Assembly: GCF_009914755.1 (NCBI RefSeq)
Contig: NC_060942.1
Strand: one strand, 5' to 3'
DNA length: 64,000 nt
From: the human T2T-CHM13v2.0 reference genome, Homo sapiens
Positions 15,562-33,994 of this stretch are shown here, piece after piece (within the stretch, counting starts at the first letter, position 1; each line of letters opens with the position of its first letter). Position numbers and translations under genes: made by a program. Under the pieces are notes generated by a model that saw only the letters and a program-made list of their open reading frames with translations, made no database searches and was not told the DNA's origin.

Positions 15562-16578
15562 CTGTGGAGAGAGATTCAGAGCCAAAACTTTAGCATAAAA
15601 ATTCTCAATGTAAGGTTAAATCTCAAATTCTTAGCTCTCAAAAATTCCCTTTCTGGTTGAAAGGAAATGGAAACAAGGTGAATTTGTTGACCCACTGATA
15701 ATGAGTATTCTTTGAGGAAATAGTTCAATTTTATCAGGTTTTAAAAGATCCCTGCTTATTTTGATTTTTTTTCCCTTGAATTCTTTGTAACAATCGCCAT
15801 ATTTACATTCTAGAGAAAGGGCCACAAGAGATTTCTAGGAAGGTTCTTGGCTTTGGGATTCTCTTTCTTCTTAATTCCCAGGAAGCCTTAGTTTACATTA
15901 GAGGACATTTTCTTAGCCGTGTCATCGATTCATAATGAATTAACCATGTAGGTCTCCTGGCCTTCATCAGCCTGATAATGCTTTTTGCCAATAAACACAT
16001 TTAGCCCCACTTCCACCCAAAGTAGGAAGGTGAAATTAGTCAGACTTCTGCTGTTTGTTAGCAATATTGTTTTAAAAATCTTGTTCAGGAACAAAATTGT
16101 AAGTTTGGAGTTCCCATGTAGATTTTCATCATCATGATATATTTGTCCTTAGTAGTCTCTGAAAAATGGAATTTGCTTTCTTGCTGTGCTAAAAACTGCA
16201 AGGCTTCACATTTCATATATAAATCTTGCTTGCTACCTTTAGAGTGGACTATTTTTTGTCATGCTTCTCACAGAAGTTTTTGAGCCTGGAACATTTTTAT
16301 AGAGTTGAAACAAAAATGATTTAAATTGAAAACAGATCCCTTGTGGACTCTGGACTATAAATTCTCTAAGGATCAAAAATACACTTCTGATTTCGAAGAT
16401 GACTAGAAGTGAGGTATTTTTGAATAAAACAGTTCACTCTGTTGGAATTTCAATTAAGCCAAAATCTGTGGACAAAAAAAATCAGCATGATTTCAATCGT
16501 CAGCTCGGCCTCAATCATCATTCTGGTAAGCTGTATGCAGAAACACACAAGACAGACCCCAGCAGTTGGTGGACTGAC

Positions 16579-16666
16579 CTTCATCCACAAGCTTCAGTCT
16601 GCTCTTATCTTTTCCTCGGTCATCTTTCAGGATAACTTCATAAATCCCAGCATCTTTCTTGGAAAA
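16579..16666 (-). CDS. MYOM1: MYOM1 exon 31 (88 nt): FSKKDAGIYEVILKDDRGKDKSRLKLVDE(A)
   Basis: DAGIY motif; ccttag|TTT, G|gtcagt; phase 0 to 1. Confidence 0.96.
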
Positions 16667-16761
16667 CTAAGGGGGAATAGATATACCACATTGCACCTTT
16701 CGTAGCCCCAGGGCACGGTATCTGTGATTTTTTTTTTCTTCTGCTTCTTCTGCTGCTGCTG

Positions 16762-16763
<2 letters not shown>

Positions 16764-16793
<30 letters not shown>

Positions 16794-16931
16794 AGACAAG
16801 GGTCTCACTCTATCAGCCAGGCTGGAGTGCAGATGTGTGATTATAGCTCACTGTATCCTTGAACGCCTGGCCTCAAGCCTTGACCTACCAAAAGCACTGG
16901 GATTACAGGTGTGAGCCACTGCACCTCACCT
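16764..16931 (-). mobile_element. Short or deleted Alu
   Basis: Alu fragments with poly(T). Confidence 0.8.
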
Positions 16932-17557
16932 GCTATCTGCATTTTTAAAGGCCCTTGATTTACAGAATTGCCATCAAAACACTCTTTGAACAAGCATCTA
17001 ACTTGTGAGTGGTGAACCGTTCACAGATGCAGAGATGCACCTCTCCATAATAATTTGACCAGCGAGCTAGCAGTCCTGACTTTTTACCTTCCAAGGCTGT
17101 AATTGATATGAGGCTTAATGTCCTTACTTTTTACTCTGCCTTCATTTATTAAAAACTAGTGATCACTAGTTTTATAGTGATATATTTAAATGCTGTGCTC
17201 TTTTAGACAAGAAGTAGATAAAAATCTATCCTTAAATGAATACCATGTCTGATGTCTCTGTACTTTTAGGACCACGAGGCTTAAGCACAAATGAAGAATG
17301 ATCCACTTCACTGCCCATATATGGATAAAAGCAACTCAGAAAAGCAAGAGTTGTGGCATTCAGCTCATACTGGTTTGCTACCTAACAAATCCACACACAT
17401 CACAAGGTTAGAGAAGCTTTTGTGTTCCTACAGCAGTTGGAAGTAAGCTAATATAAATCCCCTGGTCATGAAAGGAATACAGAATCTAGTTACTGTTTTG
17501 GGGTAAGATAGAGGGTAGAGAGCTAATATATTACATTTTACATTTATAATCGCCTAC

Positions 17558-17671
17558 CTCTGTTATAAGCAGGGTACATATACCATCCTTAAAGTCATGC
17601 TTTTCATCCACTGATATCTCCCTCTCATCTTTGTACCACACAATATGAGTCTCCTTCTTAATATTTGCCAC
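17558..17671 (-). CDS. MYOM1: MYOM1 exon 30 (114 nt): VANIKKETHIVWYKDEREISVDEKHDFKDGICTLLITE
   Basis: Ig WYKD motif; cctag|GTG, GAG|gtaggc; phase 0 to 0. Confidence 0.96.
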
Positions 17672-18992
17672 CTAGGAGAAAAACCATAATTACTTTTCTT
17701 AAAATAAGAAAGTGTACTCTTGTGAAGTTGAATAGTTCTTAATGCAGCAAGATATAAAAGAAAAAGCACTGAACGTGGAGTGAGAAGACACAGATTTCTA
17801 AAGGAATGAATTGAAAACTATTTTAATTGAGAAAAGAGTTTAGAATCAAGTGGACACCAATGAATAAACCTAAATCAATAGCATCTCTATTTCCAGCAGT
17901 GAAAATTGACTCTAAAATCATGTGGTAGGAAAGAAAAGAGAGAATAGATACATTCATACTGACATACAAACTTAAATGAAAATAGAAGTCACAAAACCAA
18001 AGGGAGAAAAATCCCATCAGATTAAAATACAGGCTGTGTTACAAAAACAAATGGCTTTATTAAAGGAACAGAATGAGTAAGCGCCAATCTATATCTAAAA
18101 GTTTAATGAAAGATAAATGAAGCATTGCAAATATATGTGGAGGGGAGGTATGCTAAGTAAATTAATTACTTAGCAATTTCGAGGAGACTCACTTAGATAC
18201 ACTAATCTTCTCATCATATCATCTATTTCAAATGGACTAAACAACTGCATATGGTTAAAGGGATCTTGAGTTTCATCTACAATGCTTGAATTTTTTTTAC
18301 AAAGGAGAATATACTCATGTATTTCTTGTATAATTCAAATTGTATGAAAAAGTAAAGACTTCCTACAAATCAAGAAAACCGTCTCAAAGACCCCACTGAA
18401 TAATGGGTGAAAACTACATACCATTCCCCAAAGAGAAAATACAACCATAAAACCAACAGACAAAGACAATGTTGTCTCATTATACGTGACAATATACAGG
18501 TTTTAAAATGTGAAACAATTTCAGCTAATAAATAAACATAGGAACCACCCTGGCAACTGTAGTGAAACCACTACACACAATCATTCTTTATGACCCTGGA
18601 AACTGGTTCCTGAATTGTAGAAAGTGTGTTACCAGCTGACATTGCTTACGATAAAAATGACCTCGATTGGAAAGCTGTGTCTGGACCCAGAGGACTAGAA
18701 ATGCACTCCGCAGCTTTGGGCTTTGCTGAGTACATTGCTCATGAAATTTGGACACATCCCTTGTGTGGATCCCAGAAGCTCTGTTTAGGCAGTTGTTAGA
18801 AAAGATACTAGTTCCTCAGGGCATGAAGTTTTTTTGGGCTTTTTTTTTTTTTAAAGCCGTGGTGACTTCCTGCACCTGCCCAAAGTGGATCTTGTCTCCT
18901 TGCATCTGAGCTTTCTGTTGTCCGGGATGGCAAAGGTCATAGCTCCACATGTGGACTCCTGAGGGAGAGGAAGGTCCCAGTGTGCAAGCTAG

Positions 18993-19418
<426 letters not shown>

Positions 19419-20693
19419 TAATGCGACACGTGAGTGGCTAAATTTACAGGAATTGCCACAGTAATGGAACAAAGAGCTATGCGAAGACAGAGGAAGCGGG
19501 AGGCCTTCTAGAGATGACTGAGCTGGGCCTGGGAAAGGATTTTGTCAGAGAAGCTGAAAGAACGTCATTCCAGGCATTGGAACGACAGCATAACAGAACT
19601 GTGTGAATATTCACAATCCATTTCCAGACTGCCCTTGGTTGCTCAGAATCTGGGTATGGGGCTGATTGTCCTGAGGAAGGCCATCACAGGACACCAGAGC
19701 TCCTCTGGTGCAGAGGGAAACAGCAAGCGCAGAAGGCGAGGGATGTGTGGGCTTTTGAAAAAGGATAGCTTATAGGGAGGGGCCACGCAAATGAAGAAGT
19801 GAGTGGGACAGCAAGACGGAGCAGCTGGGATGAGAGAGAAGGTGAGGGCTTCAGCTGCTGCCAGAGAAAGAGTTTTTCAAGCAGCGTTGCCATTTCCTGT
19901 GAGGCTAAAACCTAGAACTGATTTTCCTTATATGTATTTCTGATAGACTGCTGTTTCTTTGAGTTTATCACATCTAGTAGACACTGGGGCACTTGGGTTC
20001 TGGCTTTTATCATGACAATTGTGAAATCCAGACCAAATGCCACACCTATGCTTCCACCTGTCCTTGTCAGCCAGCAGGACCTTCACGCTCCAACCTCACC
20101 CACCGGTTCCTTACCCAAAACATTTCTGATGACTCAGCTACACACCACATGCTAAAGTACAAACTTGTTTAGAATGCTGTATAGAATTTTTTTTTCCTGA
20201 ATCTTTCCAAAGTCCTAATAAGACAATTGGTTGTGAGCTGCCAACTCTTTTCCACATGTCTCCCTTGGAGTCAGTGGCACAGCTGGGGAATACCCAGGGG
20301 TATTGTTGCACCAGCCTCACAATTTACATGGCAAGGTCCACGAAACATTGCAGCTGGAGTGATTCTGGAATAGGTCTATGACTTAGAATACAGATTTGGC
20401 TTAAAACAAAAACGTGAGAGTCTTCGGAGATTACTAATTAGATAAAAGTCTAGGGTGTTACTAACTAGATCATGAGTAGTGACTAGGAATGATCACCTTG
20501 CCTTGTCATATTTTATGTCATTTTATTTTAAATCTTTCTTATCAACAAATGGTTACAGTAACATTGAACAGTAAATATGTGTCCCACTTATCATTTTGGC
20601 TCAGATGGAAGAGATGAAAAATTGAGCTTCCTCTTCTCTACATTCTATTTTATTTCCCTTGAATCAAATATTAAAAATTTATCTACCTCTTAC

Positions 20694-20761
20694 CTTGCAT
20701 TTCAATAGTACATTACATTCACCAGTCACTTCCCAGCTCAAATACTCAACAAAGTGAGGAC
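20694..20761 (-). CDS. MYOM1: MYOM1 exon 29 (68 nt): (G)PHFVEYLSWEVTGECNVLLKCK
   Basis: tatag|GT, AAG|gtaaga; phase 1 to 0. Confidence 0.96.
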
Positions 20762-21056
20762 CTATAAAATTTTAATGACATTAGCAATTACTCTATTAAT
20801 CACAAATGCAAAATCAAAGCTCACACTTAAGTCCTAAGGTGATTTACATCTGAAGTCAGATTTTTAAAATTCTAGATTTAGCTTTTAAATATTTTAATGT
20901 CTACATATTTAACAGTAAATATTTTTAATTATTTTAATTTACTAGGCATTATTAACATAATCAATAATATTCATTTTAATTTGTTATGGAAATAACCTTG
21001 GAATCTTTTGTACAAAAAAATTAAAAATTTTCTCTTTATCCACTGCCTATTTTTAC

Positions 21057-21116
21057 CTTGTTTCCTGATCCATTCTTGCCGCTGGAATTCAGCTTCTTTC
21101 TGGAGCTTTTTGAAAA
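21057..21116 (-). CDS. MYOM1: MYOM1 exon 28 (60 nt), My10-My11 helix: (V)FKKLQKEAEFQRQEWIRKQ(G)
   Basis: Contained in ORF 20971..21231; ttgtag|TT, G|gtaaaa; phase 1 to 1. Confidence 0.96.
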
Positions 21117-21729
21117 CTACAAATTGAAAAACAAGGAAGTGTGAAATTGAGTTGGGTGGTATAAATGCACATGTCAGCCACTGCACTAAGTGATTTATAT
21201 TCATTATTGTAACACTCATACATTGTGACAACCCTGCTCATTTTTTATCTTTATAGATGAAGAAATAGGCTTAGGAAGGTTAAATAAATTGTACAAGGTC
21301 ATAAAGCTAGGAAACAGTGACATAATATTGGATGTTGCAAATACAGAGATCTGGCCGGCCTTTCCATTGCCTTCGTAACTGCCACATTTTAAATCTGGGT
21401 GGTAGTAAGTGAGCAGCTGATTTACTACAATCCAGTTACAATGTATGATTAGTAGATTCGGCAGGCACTACTTTTGCATATTTTTCTTCTCAATTTTAGT
21501 AATTTACAGTAAGTACACGTGGCAAAACAGTCTCATGGTTTGTTTCTGAGACACATACAGTCTTTGTTGTATTGCAATCTCCCTCACTGGAGAATTTTAG
21601 CAATAAACATTTGTTTATATATGAAAGTATTTAAACGCAGTCTTGCCTGTGAGCTAGGAATAAATTTGGTGTTCCTTTAAATTCACTTTCATTTCCATGA
21701 AATAAAATACCATGTAAAGTATTAACTGA

Positions 21730-22053
<324 letters not shown>

Positions 22054-22178
22054 TGAACATTAGAAGTCAATTAAGAAAAAATTCCTACTACCTTTCAAAT
22101 AACAACTTTTGTGCCATGGGGTACTTAGATTGAAGGGAGTAGCAAAGCCTGCTGGTTAATGTTCCACGGAATTCTTAC

Positions 22179-22323
22179 CATCTCCAACGAGAACAACAGT
22201 AGAATGGTTAGTTGCTTTTCCATCTTGAAGCTGGAAAGTGTACGTTCCCTCATCCTCATCCTGTAGCTTTTCCATGAACATTTCGATGATGCCAGTGTTT
22301 CGGTCAATATGCATTTTATATTT
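22179..22323 (-). CDS. MYOM1: MYOM1 exon 27 (145 nt): KYKMHIDRNTGIIEMFMEKLQDEDEGTYTFQLQDGKATNHSTVVLVGD(V)
   Basis: Ig DEGTY motif; actgaag|AAA, G|gtaaga; phase 0 to 1. Confidence 0.96.
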
Positions 22324-22417
22324 CTTCAGTGTGAAAAGAAAATGACAGAGAAATCACTGAGGCATATATTTTACTTGGAATGACAACAAGCTTGATGAAA
22401 TAAAAATAAACCCCAAA

Positions 22418-23024
<607 letters not shown>

Positions 23025-23249
23025 TTAGAATAATAATTTAAATAAAATCTCTTCATAACTGAACAAGTGCTTTATATTCTTATACCCAGGTAAAGGGAAA
23101 TATTATGTGGAGTTTATGACCTAGACCAGAATAGATTACTAAAAAGTCTGAAATTTAGTTTCTTAAATCTAAATAAAGTTTTGTTACCCCAAGTCACAAA
23201 ATGTCAAAAAGTTGTCTTTAGACTCTCACATTACCTTCCAGATTACATT

Positions 23250-24013
23250 ATTTATTTATTTATTTATTTAGAGACGGATTCTTGTTCTGTCGCCCAGGCT
23301 GGAGTGCAGTGGTGCAATCTTGGCTAATTGCAACCTCGGCCTCCCAGGTTCAAGTGATTCTGCTGCCTCAGCCTCCTGAGTAGCTGGGACTACAGGCGTG
23401 TGCCACCATACCCAGCTGATTTTTGTATTTTTAGTAGAGACAGAGTTTTACCATGATGGCCAGGCTGGTCTTGAAGTCCTGACCTCAAGTGATCTGCCCA
23501 CCTCGGCCTCCCAAAGTGCTGGGATTACAGGCATAAGCCACTGCTCCCGGCCTACATTATTTTTAATGAGTAGAATAATGTAAAACTATAGGCAGCAGAG
23601 GCAGGTATCTTGCTCATTCATCGCTATCTCCTTGGCATCTTGCACATACATGGTATATAGTAGTCAATTAATAAATATCTGCTGAACTAATACATGAAAA
23701 AAAATGCTTCTAAATGTGTTTACTCTCTCTTTTTAGAGATAGGGTCTCGCTCTGATGCCCAGGCTGGAGTGCAGTGGTGCAATCATAGCTCACTGCAGCC
23801 TCGAACTCCTGGACTGAAGCCTCAGGCCTCAGGATCTTGAGGCTAGGACTACAGGCACACACCACTATGCCTCACCAATTTTTAAAAATTTTTTGTAGAG
23901 ATGAGGTTTCACTATGTTGCCCAAGCTGGTTTCAAACTCTGAGCCTCAAGTAATTCCCCTGCCTTGGCCTCCCAAAGTGCTGGGATTACACGTGTGAGCC
24001 ACCATGACTGGCC
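23250..24013 (-). mobile_element. Two Alus (23250-23552, 23727-24013)
   Basis: Alu consensus. Confidence 0.9.
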
Positions 24014-25089
24014 CTATTTGCTCTTAATGAATGGAAATAGCCCTATTAGACTATACTTATTTTATCATATTGTTTAGACAACTTTTTTTTTTCCCAGAAT
24101 GTAAAGATAAGTTTTAGTTGCTAGGCATGCAAGCACAAATACCATGATGGATTTGAATTGGTTAACTTTTGCTATATATAAAATGTCACAGAATGAAGGC
24201 TCAGGTCTGGGATGAACTCTGTGATGCAATTCATGCTCCCGAGCCTCACCTGCAGGAAGTCAGTCTCCAACTGAGACCACATTTTTGCTTAGCATCCCCC
24301 CATCCTATCCTGCTCCCCAACAATAAATCACTTGAACGAGAAACTACTTCAGACTCTCTTTCTAAGAAACTTAAGAGAGCAGCTGCATACCCTCAAGGCA
24401 ACATGTATGCACGCTTGAACACGTGAAGGGGAGTACGTCTATATGCACATATGCATGAATGTTCACTCAATGGCTGTGGGGTGATGAGTGAGGCCAACAA
24501 CACTTTTCCTTCCTCTCCCCTGACCAGGTGGTGATCACAGCAGTCGAGGGAACATTTTGAAAGTGGAGAGGAGACGGGTCGCAGTGGACACAGGAGTCAG
24601 GAGTGACTTGTTCTGGCCCCACAGCAAGTCACTCTATGCACTGGAAAGGACTATACTGCATACTCTCCTAATATTCATGGTACTCGTTTCCCTCTCACTA
24701 ACAAGTCCTCAAATGTTTTAAAAATACATCTCAGTGAAAAGGGAAAGGGTTGCTACTAATGGCCACAAACCACACCTCCTCTGCCCTTTCAGTTTCCCAT
24801 TTACACCCATGATAGCACAGGTCAGTGCCCCTGAACCCCCAGTTCTTCAGTACTGCTGGGCACTGGCCTGATCTTGACTTGACTGACATCTGTGGGGAGG
24901 ACAAATAAAACTTAGATGTTGTAACTCTATCTACAAAAACTATGTTTATGTTAAAAGGAAAGGAAAGAGTATTTTATATATATACAAAATCACCTATGTA
25001 AATATGACTCAAACAGACGTACACACAGAGAAGCATAGAAAAAAGTCTAAAAAAGTATATACCAATATGTACATCAAAAAGCCATAAGA

Positions 25090-25151
25090 AGTGTTAGAGC
25101 TCTTTTAGAATTTGTCTAGCAGGCTTTCCGGTTTTTGCTGGAAAGACTCCC
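25090..25151 (+). pseudogene. U7 snRNA retropseudogene
   Basis: agtgttagagctcttttagaatttgtctagcaggctttccggtttttgctggaaag matches U7 (histone-binding 5' end, Sm site AATTTGTCTAG, 3' stem-loop); target-site duplication aaaagccataagaa (25077-25090) / aaaagccgtaagaa (25173-25186). Confidence 0.93.
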
Positions 25152-25421
25152 CACCACCACCACCAAATTAAGAAAAGCCGTAAGAATGTGTGATTAGTCC
25201 TTTCTGAGTCTTTAATGCTTTTTACAATAAGGATGTATCGTGTTTTTAACCAGAAAAGCAATGAAAGGTATTTTTATTGCATTTTTCAGAGCCATTGGGA
25301 CAAGAGGCCTATTCTTCATATAATGAATCAAGTCCGTGCTGGGGTGTCCAGTGTGAGTAAGATGTGAATTCAGGGTAGGGTATGGGCTCCTCTGCCTCCC
25401 AGGAGAGCCTCTCTATTTTCA

Positions 25422-25535
25422 TGGGGATCATACATCTCGGTTTGCCTGAGACCGTTTTGGTTTATGACTATTTATGACTGTTGTCCTTTCATTCTCAAAG
25501 CGTCCCAGTTTGCATAATATGTTATAGTCAATCTG
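25422..25535. mobile_element. MER81-like hAT-Blackjack remnant
   Basis: catctcggtttgcctgagac ... gtcccagtttg motifs. Confidence 0.45.
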
Positions 25536-25690
25536 TATTTTCATTTCACAGTTTTCACTTGTGAGAAGGATTTAAACTCTCCCACTCCACCACCCAGCGG
25601 TTTTTATAACAACATATCCACATCCACATAAGGCTTCCTCAGTGTATTCTACAATGATACATTAAAAAGTCTAAACAGTGTAAAACCTAC

Positions 25691-25827
25691 CGGGCCTTCA
25701 AAAATTTCCTTCTCGTTAAATATGTAGTTGACTTTGGCATTGCCAGACAGTTTCTCAGCCTGCATCCAAAACCGGACCTGGCCTTTCTCCAAAATTTCAA
25801 CTGCCAACTCTGATTTAACTGGGACAG
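25691..25827 (-). CDS. MYOM1: MYOM1 exon 26 (137 nt): (T)VPVKSELAVEILEKGQVRFWMQAEKLSGNAKVNYIFNEKEIFEGP
   Basis: ttttcatag|CT, CCG|gtaggt; phase 1 to 0. Confidence 0.96.
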
Positions 25828-26169
25828 CTATGAAAAGTAAAAATAAACACAGTAATTATATTGGTAACCAATTATATTGGTACTCATTTTCCATCAAGTG
25901 AAAAAAAAAAAAAACCACACAATGGAAATGACAATGTAGCACCTGCTTCTTGCAAAGCCCAGAGGCAGTGAGAGTTGCAGGGAAAGCCTTAGATTAAAGA
26001 CAGAGGGACTCAGCTCTGATGCTGGGACTGTCACTTGGAGCAAGTTGTTCATTCTCTTTGAATCATAGTTGTCTCAACTGTAAAAATGAGGAAGATGAAC
26101 TTACCTCTAGGGGCATAGGGGCACTTGTAGCTAATATCTGTAACTTTCTACTGTGGCTTTTGGTTGGTG

Positions 26170-26480
26170 TTTTTTCTTTTTCTTTTTCTTTTTTTTTTTG
26201 CAATAGGTTCTCACTCTGTTGCCCAGGCTGGAGTGCAGTGGCATGATCTCGGCTCACTGCAACCTCTGCCTCCTGGGTTCAGGCGATCCTCTCACCTCCG
26301 CCTCCTGAGTAGCTCACACAACAGTCACGCACCACCACATTCGGCTAGTTTTTTATTTTTCTTTTATTAGAAAGAGACTCACTATGTTGCCCAGGTGGTC
26401 TTGAACTCCTAACCTCAAGTGATCCTCCTTGGCCTCCCAAGGTGTTGGGATTACAGGTGTGAGCCACCTCATCTAGTTGG
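26170..26480 (-). mobile_element. Alu (AluJ-like)
   Basis: Alu consensus. Confidence 0.88.
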
Positions 26481-26806
26481 CATGTGCTGTATTTTAAATT
26501 AGAAGCTTCCTAAACTTATGTCAAATGTAAATTAATATTTCTTTGTATTTATTTTAAAACTACCCTTTTCAAGTTTCAAGGGATGATTTTCTTTGCATTA
26601 TTCCATATTCACTACCAAGTTCAGTGTGATACATTCATTCCAATGCAGGACTGAGAGGGGGCTCAGATGTCATCTATTGAGGGGGTTTCAAGGTGGAGAG
26701 AAGGTGGGCTTTGGAGTCCCACCAAGATCTGGACCAGTTACTCTCCTCCTTTAGACCTCGTGTCCCTCACCTGCTAACATGGATGTGCTATGAAGAGTAA
26801 ATATAA

Positions 26807-27161
<355 letters not shown>

Positions 27162-27972
27162 TCAAGAAGGTTGGTTATCTTCCTCCCCTCACTTTACTGA
27201 TCTCTTTACAAAATCTCAACTGCACCCCAGGAGACAGTGGTAACACGTCTGGGTGGTGGAGCTGAGAGCAGGGTCACTCCCTCTCTTCTGTATTCCTCTT
27301 GGTCCTCGTTGTCCACACGGTGGTTTTCCAGTGTGAGCAGGATGTCTGAGTGCACCAGGGCAGCAAGGGCAGAGGCTAAGCTTCTCCCTTACAGGATGCT
27401 CATGCTTGCTACAACTAAGTCTTGAGGAGAGTAGAAAGCACAATTTCTTCTAAAAATATCTGGAGACCTCATTCTAGGAAACTTACTATGTGAGTGAGGA
27501 GGTTACCTAAGAGGCCCAGAGTGATGAGGGAGGAGGAGGAACAGGCCCTCCTGGAAGCCTCCAGCTCCCTTAATGTTCACTGTCCTCCCTGAGTCCTGAG
27601 AACATCGTCTGGGGAATGCTGGCCGCCTTGAATGTCCACAGTGGGCACGGAGCAAATGTGGCCGTGCCTACATAGAGATAGCCCACGTCACAGTCAGGGG
27701 AGCAGGCTCCAGAGGCAGACCACCTGGGTTTAACCAGCTGTTTGCAAATGATCTAGTTACTTAACCTCTCTGGGCCTCATGTTCTTCCCCTCTAAAATCA
27801 AATCGCCACAATACCAACCCTTTTAAGGTCATTGTGGAATTCAAATAATATATACTGCTTAAATACTCTATAAAGAGCCTGGCATATAATAAATGCTCTA
27901 TTAATGTTGGCTGTTAATATTTTGTTATCTCTCTCCTCCTCTAGTTGCTTCTACAACACCCTAGAAACACCA

Positions 27973-30639
<2,667 letters not shown>

Positions 30640-31679
30640 AAAGTTGGTTTTGAGAACATTACAGCTGAGGCCAATATCACCAGCACTCAGCCTCACTATC
30701 AAACAAGTCACTCCTTGCAGATGTAAGAGAAGGTCCGCAATTCATTCTAGAGCAGTGGTGTGTGTTTTTAAATTACAGTCTCCATTGGGGAATTTACTAA
30801 AAGTGAAGGATACTCTTCCTAGAAAAATGCACATATATCAATATACAAAGGCTGTTTGTCCATAGTCTGGAATAGGAATATAGTTTTCTGGGTTCCTGAA
30901 ACTCCTTTATTAGTGGAGGATTTACATTTTAAGTATTAAAATTTCTGATTTAAAAAGAATGGGTGTATACTATCACTTTCTACTTGTTTTCTCAAACTCC
31001 AGGGTGCAACTTTCTGGATGCTTCACTACCTTGGCCAGTGGGTACTAATGGCAAGAGATCCCCCCATCTGGCCAGTGGAACCTTCCAAGGGTCATTTCTG
31101 ACTTCCTTCTCTTCTCTTAGTGTCAAGTGTGGAATTTAATCTTTTATGTAGAAGGTGCTTTATTGAAGGGTTGTACATTGTTCAGAGGGATTCTTTTTCT
31201 GACAAAGGCATGTTTGCCCAATTTTCCAGGAGTTGAAAATGGTAGGCACTGTCTTTATATTGTCTTTATTTAGAGGTATGATTCTGCTTTTAAGTGCCAA
31301 TCTTACTTAGGAAAAGATTAGTTTGCATAAAGACATATAAGTGAATATATCCAGAAAATATATATGTGATTCCAACATATGTGGGCAAAAAGTGAAGAAC
31401 TTAATTACTCAGATGTTACACCTGTGTAGCCTGACACTTCGCCATGTAATGGAGCATGGGATATATTTTCTATGTTAGTATCCTTGGTATCTCTGGAGAA
31501 CAACCGCAAAGGAAAAGGCATCACTTCTAGAAAGCACATCTGTAGCTACTGATGTGTGTTCCATTATATGTTCCCAAGAGTCTCTCTCTTAATCCCATCA
31601 GAGCTGTCATCTGATCTATTCCAGAAGTTGCTGCCTAGTAAGACTGCTAAAAACCTGTGAATGTATTGTGGATACTTAC

Positions 31680-31724
31680 TTGGGAACTTGTGTTCATGGC
31701 TGAGAGCAAGTAAACGTTTCAATT
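31680..31724 (-). CDS. MYOM1: MYOM1 exon 25 (45 nt), My9-My10 helix: (E)LKRLLALSHEHKFP(T)
   Basis: Contained in ORF 31564..31800; ctacag|AA, A|gtaagt; phase 1 to 1. Confidence 0.96.
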
Positions 31725-31840
31725 CTGTAGGGGGAAAAAGAAGGCAGTTAAACCTTAAACTACTAAAATAAAAGTCACTTAAGAATAACTGAGAATTCAA
31801 AGCAACATTCGATGTGTGAATGCACTGATTTTAAACTTAC

Positions 31841-31947
31841 CTTCCTCATCTATTAAGTAGCTTGATGCTATTCCATCAGTGTCTGTTACATCGCAAGAGT
31901 AAATACCCAAGTCATCCATCCCAAGGTCTTTGAAGGTCATTTTCGTC
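31841..31947 (-). CDS. MYOM1: MYOM1 exon 24 (107 nt): (K)TKMTFKDLGMDDLGIYSCDVTDTDGIASSYLIDEE(E)
   Basis: Ig DxGxY motif; ttctgaag|G, G|gtaagt; phase 2 to 1. Confidence 0.96.
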
Positions 31948-33379
31948 CTTCAGAACAAAATATTTTTCTTAGAAATGAGGCTGTGTGGGATCTGTGGGCC
32001 TGTGTTTCCCCTGAATCTGGGCATTTGTGTATACTACTCCTTTCATCTGGACACCTCCTCTCATCTTGCTGAGCTACAGCCTACATGTTCTTGGTGTCTC
32101 AGATTCAATGTCATTTACTCTGGGAGGACTTTCCTTACCTCCTTCCAGGGGGTGATGGTGACGGGAGAGTGGAACTGGCACAAATTCCACATGCCCAAGC
32201 TATGTTGCTTATCAGTGCATATCCTGCAGAAAAATACCCAGCTGATCAGTCCCTGCTGGGAGCCAGACACTTCCCCCGCCAAGGGCAGAACCTGCTGTTG
32301 GTAACTCTGGGTGCCTCTCCTATGCCATCTCCTGCTCTTCCCTTTTCTGAACTTATTATAAGCATCTTGAGCTCAAAGCATCTGTATTCTCCTCACTGTG
32401 TAATCCCTGTGCCTTCAGAGACAGGAACTGCTTTGTTTACTGTGTCACCCCCAGCACCCTGTACCTTGTCTGGCACATAGTATGTGTAATAAGTAAATGA
32501 ATGGCTCAGTGGCCAAGTTCACTGTGTTTTCTAACTTTGGTAAGCTATATTGCTAGGCAGTGTCTAAGATCAACCAAACATTGAAATGTTAAGTGTATAA
32601 ACTGGGAGAAAAAATTATCGTTCAATTATCTTTTCTTGGGGCAAATGTGTTTTATGTCAAGAAATTTACAGCATGGTGGCAGAAAAACATCCTTTAATTA
32701 TATTTGGTATTTCCTTGTCATTCTACAGCAAAATTGCTAGTTTTTTCTTTGATTTCTGAGACACACTGGGCTTCATTGTAATAGAAAAAAGTACTTAGAA
32801 ATACTGTGCTTTATCAAATATTTGCTTTATCATATCAATCCAATGTGGTTGACACTATGAAAATACAAAGCTTGGTAAGCTTTTGCTATAAAGCAAAGTA
32901 AAAAGAACACTCAAAATCTTGGCGTTGAAAGGCAATGATAGATCATACAATTCCTCCATTCTCCCCATGCTCATTTTATAGAAAAAGAAATCTGAGGTTT
33001 ATGGAAGTTAAATAGCTGCCCAAGGTTATATAGCCAGCTCCTAGTAGAGATGGGCCTAGAGCTCGTTCATCTTATACTTCCACATAGAGCTTTCTTCCCA
33101 TGTACTATTGTGTCACGCATGAGTGATGATCAAAAAAGCAGAAAAGATTATCCTCAATCCATTTAATTTACCATAACTTGAACCAGCGAGTTCTTCCTAG
33201 CCCCCTATAAGTATCCTTATTGTTACTTTAAGATTTCAAAATTTCATAGATAATGAGAATCATTATTAAAGCTGATCTTTATGTCAATTGAATGTTTCTA
33301 ATAGCATAAATGAGATAATAAATAAGAAAGCACTTTAAATGGAATAATGTAAAAAGTATTTCATAAGAGTTGTTAGTAT

Positions 33380-33824
<445 letters not shown>

Positions 33825-33994
33825 TAGGATGATTATTTTTAAGGTTTAAGTTGGTTATTATTTTCTACAATACCAGATATAAAATATAAGTGACTTCATC
33901 CTCTTATTCCAAGCAATTTAAGTGGAAATCAGAGCTCACCTCATTCTCCTACAGTGAAAAGGAAACCCATGATTGTGATTGACATAGTCCTTAC

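Noticed and set aside
17315-17324. Isolated CArG boxes: CCATATATGG here, also 1405-1414 and 37117-37126
   Set aside because: A handful are expected by chance in 64 kb of AT-rich DNA; no supporting context.
24601-24634. 10-bp stem hairpin gagtgacttg/caagtcactc
   Set aside because: Too short to separate from chance; not pre-miRNA sized.
25854-25882. Duplicated aattatattggta near the exon 26 branch region
   Set aside because: Short and AT-rich; no way to support function from sequence alone.
27216-27443. 75-aa minus-strand ORF with an acceptor-like sequence near 27421
   Set aside because: No similarity to myomesin domains, no convincing donor; not needed for the reading frame.
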